Of a DNA stretch of 64,000 nucleotides, positions 60,167-64,000 are shown piece after piece. Origin of the DNA: Anaeromyxobacter sp. GTDB taxonomy: Bacteria; Myxococcota; Myxococcia; Myxococcales; Anaeromyxobacteraceae. Under the pieces are notes generated by a model, which saw nothing but the letters and a program-made list of their open reading frames with translations, made no database searches and had not been told where the DNA came from. A program made the position numbers and the translations under genes. The stretch is taken from positions 860,720-924,719 of the forward strand of contig JASGJN010000020.1 of the NCBI GenBank assembly GCA_049840735.1. The letters run 5' to 3'. How positions within the stretch are numbered: the stretch's first letter is position 1; every line of letters begins with the position of its first letter.

Positions 60167-61435
60167 CTAGTCCGGGTAGGCGAGGTACGCCGCACGACGG
60201 CGGGCGAAGGCCCGCTCCTCCGGCGCGAAGGCGCGGGCCAGCTCGCCCAGCGTGGCCCCGGCCTCCAGCCCCTCGCGCTCCCGCGCCGAGCCGCAGAGCA
60301 GGTCGAAGGCCAGGACGTCGGTCACGAACTCGTAGGGCTCGGTCCGCCACGCGAAGCGGACCGGGTCCTGCCTGCGCGCGTGCAGCACCACCGCCAGCCC
60401 GGCGCGGAAGGGCTGGAAGCGGGCCGGATCGGTGACGAAGAGCTCCACGCCGTGGCAGCGGACCCCGGCGTGCTTGTCCCAGGTCGGCACGAAGCTGGCG
60501 GGCCGGAAGGCGACGCCGCGCAGCCGCTCGCGGGCCAGGTCCTCCGCCAGCCGCTGGCCGTCCAGCCAGGGCGCGCCCATCAGCTCGAAGGGCCGGGTGG
60601 TGCCGCGCGCCTCGGAGAGGTTGGTCCCCTCCAGCAGGCACATGCCCGGGTAGACCAGGGCGGCCTCCACGGTGGGCATGTTGGGCGACGGGAAGACCCA
60701 GGGCAGCCCGGTCTCGCGGAAGGCCATCCCGCGCCGCCACCCCTCGCACCCGATCACCTCCAGCTCGACGTCGAGCCGCCGCTCGACGCGGAACAGCGCC
60801 GCCAGCTCGCCCACCGTCAGCCCGTGGCGGACCGCCAGGTCGTGCAGCCCGCAGAAGCTCTCGAAGCCAGGGGTCAGCGCCGGCCCCTCCACCGCCACGC
60901 CGCCGATGGGGTTGGGCCGGTCCAGCACCACGAAGCGGATGCCCGCCTCGGCGGCCGCCTCCAGGCACAGCATCATGGTGGCCTGGTAGGTGTAGTAGCG
61001 CGTGCCGACGTCCTGGATGTCGAACACCAGCGCGTCGAGCCCGGCCAGCGCGGCCTTGGAGGGGCGCAGGGAGGCGGCGGTCTCGCCGTAGAGCGAGTGG
61101 ACCGGCACGCCGGTGCGCGGGTCGGACTCGCCGGCCACCGCCGCCATGTACTGCGCGTCGCCCCGGACGCCGTGCTCGGGGCCGAACAGGGCCGCCAGGG
61201 TCACCCCCGGCGCGGCGTGCAGGAGGTCGGCGGCGTGCACCAGCCCCCGCGTCACCGCGGTGGGGTTGCAGACCAGCCCCACGCGCCGGCCGCGCAGCGG
61301 CGCGAAGCGGCGCGCGGCCAGCACGTCCAGCCCGGCGCGGACCGGCCCCGCCGCGCGGCGGGGCGGGCGCCGGCTAGCGGCGGAGCTGGAACGTGAACGT
61401 GTAGCGGCCCGGCTGGTCCGGCGGGTAGGCGGCAT
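60167..61435 (-). CDS. namZ: Exo-beta-N-acetylmuramidase NamZ (DUF1343)
   Basis: LFGPEHG, FDIQDVGTRYYTY, LDRPNP, PSPNMP and GTTRPFE motifs; start uncertain. Confidence 0.88.
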   Translation of the reverse strand: MPPTRRTSRAATRSRSSSAASRRPPRRAAGPVRAGLDVLAARRFAPLRGRRVGLVCNPTAVTRGLVHAADLLHAAPGVTLAALFGPEHGVRGDAQYMAAVAGESDPRTGVPVHSLYGETAASLRPSKAALAGLDALVFDIQDVGTRYYTYQATMMLCLEAAAEAGIRFVVLDRPNPIGGVAVEGPALTPGFESFCGLHDLAVRHGLTVGELAALFRVERRLDVELEVIGCEGWRRGMAFRETGLPWVFPSPNMPTVEAALVYPGMCLLEGTNLSEARGTTRPFELMGAPWLDGQRLAEDLARERLRGVAFRPASFVPTWDKHAGVRCHGVELFVTDPARFQPFRAGLAVVLHARRQDPVRFAWRTEPYEFVTDVLAFDLLCGSAREREGLEAGATLGELARAFAPEERAFARRRAAYLAYPD

Positions 61436-62817
61436 CGCGGAGGTTCCAGGAGGCGCAGGCCAGGACGTCGGCGTCGTGCACCGAGTCCTCCAGCACCTCG
61501 ACGTTGTTGGCCTCGCCCGCCGCGTCGATTGAGACGCGCAGGCGGAGGGTGCCGCGCAGCGACGGGACCTGGGCCACGCGCGCCTTGTAGGTGCGCTGGA
61601 CCAGCTGCTGCACGGCCAGCTGCACGGCGCCGTGGTCGTTCTTCTGGACCTTGCCCAGGTTGAGGCGGGCCGAGAGGACCGCCAGGTCGGCCTGCCCCGC
61701 GGCGCCTGCCGCGCGCAGCGCCCGGACCGCAGGATCCGGCTGCCCGCGCGCCACCCAGACGCGCCCCAGCCCCAGCTGCGCCTGGACGTCCCGGGGGTCA
61801 CCCTCCACGGCCCGCACGAAGGCGCGCTCGGCGCCGGCCAGGTCGCCGGTCTGCAGCCGCAGCTCGCCGATGCGGCGCCACTGGCCGGGCGAGGGCTGCA
61901 GCTGCGCCAGCCGCTCCAGCGCCGCGGCCTCGCCGGCCACGTCGCCCGCCGCGTGGGCCGCCTCGGCCTGCGCGGCCCGCACCTCGGCGTCCTCCTTCAC
62001 GCCGCCGCGGCGGCATACTCGCCGGCGGCGCCCGAGGCATCGCCGTTCTGCCGCAGCAGCCGGGCCAGGGCCAGGCGGGCGTCGCGGTCGTTCGGCGCGG
62101 CCGCCACCGCCCCCTTCCAGAAGTCGATGGCCATGGCCGGCTCGCCCACCTGCAGCGAGAGGTCGGCCAGCAGGGCCCAGGCCCCGGGGAGCTCGCGGGC
62201 CGCGTCCAGCGCCGCCGCGGCCTCGGTGTGGGCGGCGTCGAGGTCGCCGCGGGCCCGGGCGATGCGGGCCAGCCCCAGGTGCGCCTCGGGGTTCGGCGGG
62301 TCGCGCGCGAGCACGGTGCGGTAGTCGGTGGTGGCCGGGTCGAGCTGGCCGCGCGCCTCGGCCAGCTGCGCCCGCAGGCGGAGGGCCAGCCAGTTGTCCG
62401 GCTCGCGCGCCAGGGCCGCCGCCACCGCCTTCTCGGCCTGGTCCCAGGTCTTCCAGGCCACGTAGGAGCGCCCCATGCCAATCCAGGGCAGGGCCGAGCG
62501 CGGGAAGCGGTCGGACAATCCCGGAAGCCGTTCCAGCGCCGCTCGCCCGGCGGCTCGGCCGAGACGGCCAGGAACCGCGCCGCCGCGTTGTCCGGGTTGA
62601 GCGCGGCCGCCTCGGCCATCTTCACCGCCACCTCGGCGTCGCCGCGCCGCTCGGCGGCGTCGATGGAGGTGAGGGCCCGGCTGATGGCCACCAGGTCAGG
62701 GCGGTCGCCGCCCGGGGCGGACGGGCCGGAGGCCGGGGCGGTGGCGCAGCCGGCCAGGATGGCGGCGAGCAGGGCGGCGTGGGCCGCCGGGCGCTGGGTG
62801 GGCCTGGGTTCGGACAT
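61374..62817 (-). CDS. TPR lipoprotein with C-terminal AgmX/PglI (TonB-C-like) domain, apparent frameshifts at ~62520 and ~62000
   Basis: Lipobox LAGC, TPR repeats and C-terminal LRGTLRLRVSIDAAG...C...FTFQL. Confidence 0.65.
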
Positions 62818-62891
62818 CCGTGACCTCCCGGGCGTGCGGGCTCCCTCCTTCTACCGCGGTTCAGCCCCGTTTCCGATTCACGATCTTCCAA

Positions 62892-63959
62892 TCACGGCCT
62901 GGTGGCGCGCCCCGCCCCCGGCTCCGCCTCGGCGGCCGGGCTGGGGCGCGCCGCCTCGCGCAGCAGGACCCACCCGCCCAGGAGCCCCACCGGCACCAGG
63001 TGGACCAGGTGGTAGATGAGCGCGTAGGCCAGCGCGGGCTCCGGGGCAATCCCCCAGCCCGCCCAGCGCCGCCACCACCGCCAGCTCGAACGGCCCGGTG
63101 TTGCCGGGCGAGACGGCCACGATGTTCACCGCGGTGGTGGCGATGACCGCCAGGCCCGAGGCCGCCAGCGTGGCCGGCAGGCCGACCGCCGGCAGCGCGA
63201 AGAGGGCGATGAGGATCTCGGCCACCCAGCCCACCAGCCCCCAGGCGGTGGCCGCCACCACCGCCCACGAGATCGTGGACGGCGGCCAGCCCGCCGCGCA
63301 GCCTCGCCAGGAGGCCGTTCCCGCCCCGGCCGCGCCGAGGCCGCAGCACCAGCACCACCACCCCGCCGGCCACCGCGATGCCGGTGAAGAGCAGCATCGC
63401 CTGCCGCGCCCAGGGCGGCAGCGGGGTCACCACCGCCACCAGCGCCAGCACCGGCACCAGCGTGGCGGCGCCGACCAGGTAGTCGAGCCCGGCCGAGGCC
63501 AGGGTGTTGGCGGTGTGCAGCCCGGTGCGCCGGGCCACGAGGTGGGCCCGCACCAGGTCGCCGGCCCGCGCCGGGAAGACCACCCCGACCGCGAACCCGA
63601 CGCAGACCGCCTCGAACGCGTCGCGGAACCCCACCGCCGGGCCCCGCTCCGCGCGCCCCGCCGGCCGGCGCCTCATACCCAATCCGCACGCGCCAGCGGT
63701 TGGCGTGGGCGGCCAGGGAGCCGACGTTGGCGAGCATGGCCGCGAGCATCCAGCCCGGGTGCGCGTGCAGCAGCGCGCGGCCGACCTCCGGGAAGTCCAC
63801 CTCGCGCGCGGCGACCAGCGCGAAGACCACCACCACCGCCAGCCCGGCCAGCCGCACCACGCGGCGGCGCAGCGGGCTCACGTCGGAGGGGAGGACCAGG
63901 GCGCGCAGCCGATCGAGCGCGCCGGGGGTGGCGTCGGAGGGGTGGGTCACCGGCGGCAT
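62892..63959 (-). CDS. Lysylphosphatidylglycerol synthase TM/flippase-like (UPF0104) protein, several apparent frameshifts
   Basis: FPARAGDLVR, SPGNTGPFE and AYALIYH motifs; frame breaks at ~63680, ~63270 and ~63050. Confidence 0.8.
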
Positions 63960-64000
63960 GCTACCCCGGAGCCGGTGATGACCCGGCAGGTCGTGATGCG

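Overview
High-GC chromosomal window of an Anaeromyxobacter-like member of the Myxococcota. The assignment rests on a RomR orthologue next to valS, a FrzS-like protein and a solitary groEL. Most of the window is housekeeping and signalling: coaBC, coaX, birA, nadC, nadD, valS, murJ, a UDG, an ECF sigma/anti-sigma pair, a chemosensory operon, a Clp ATPase and namZ. An accessory block (~41.6-50.6 kb) lies between a REC-GGDEF gene and groEL. It holds a candidate sRNA, a DeoR-galK-mglBAC galactose operon and the most unusual locus: a stand-alone 409-aa HNH nuclease gene. Upstream of that gene is an array of 41-bp units (12 copies of a 25-bp core separated by 11 related 16-bp segments). A 31-bp exact copy of the unit lies inside the nuclease gene's own 3' end, a 14-bp inverted 'anti-repeat' lies between array and gene, and a ~470-bp G-quadruplex-prone tract bounds the array. 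Two REP-like palindrome families are dispersed through the window. About 15 frameshifts, including one in groEL, look like long-read errors rather than pseudogenes.
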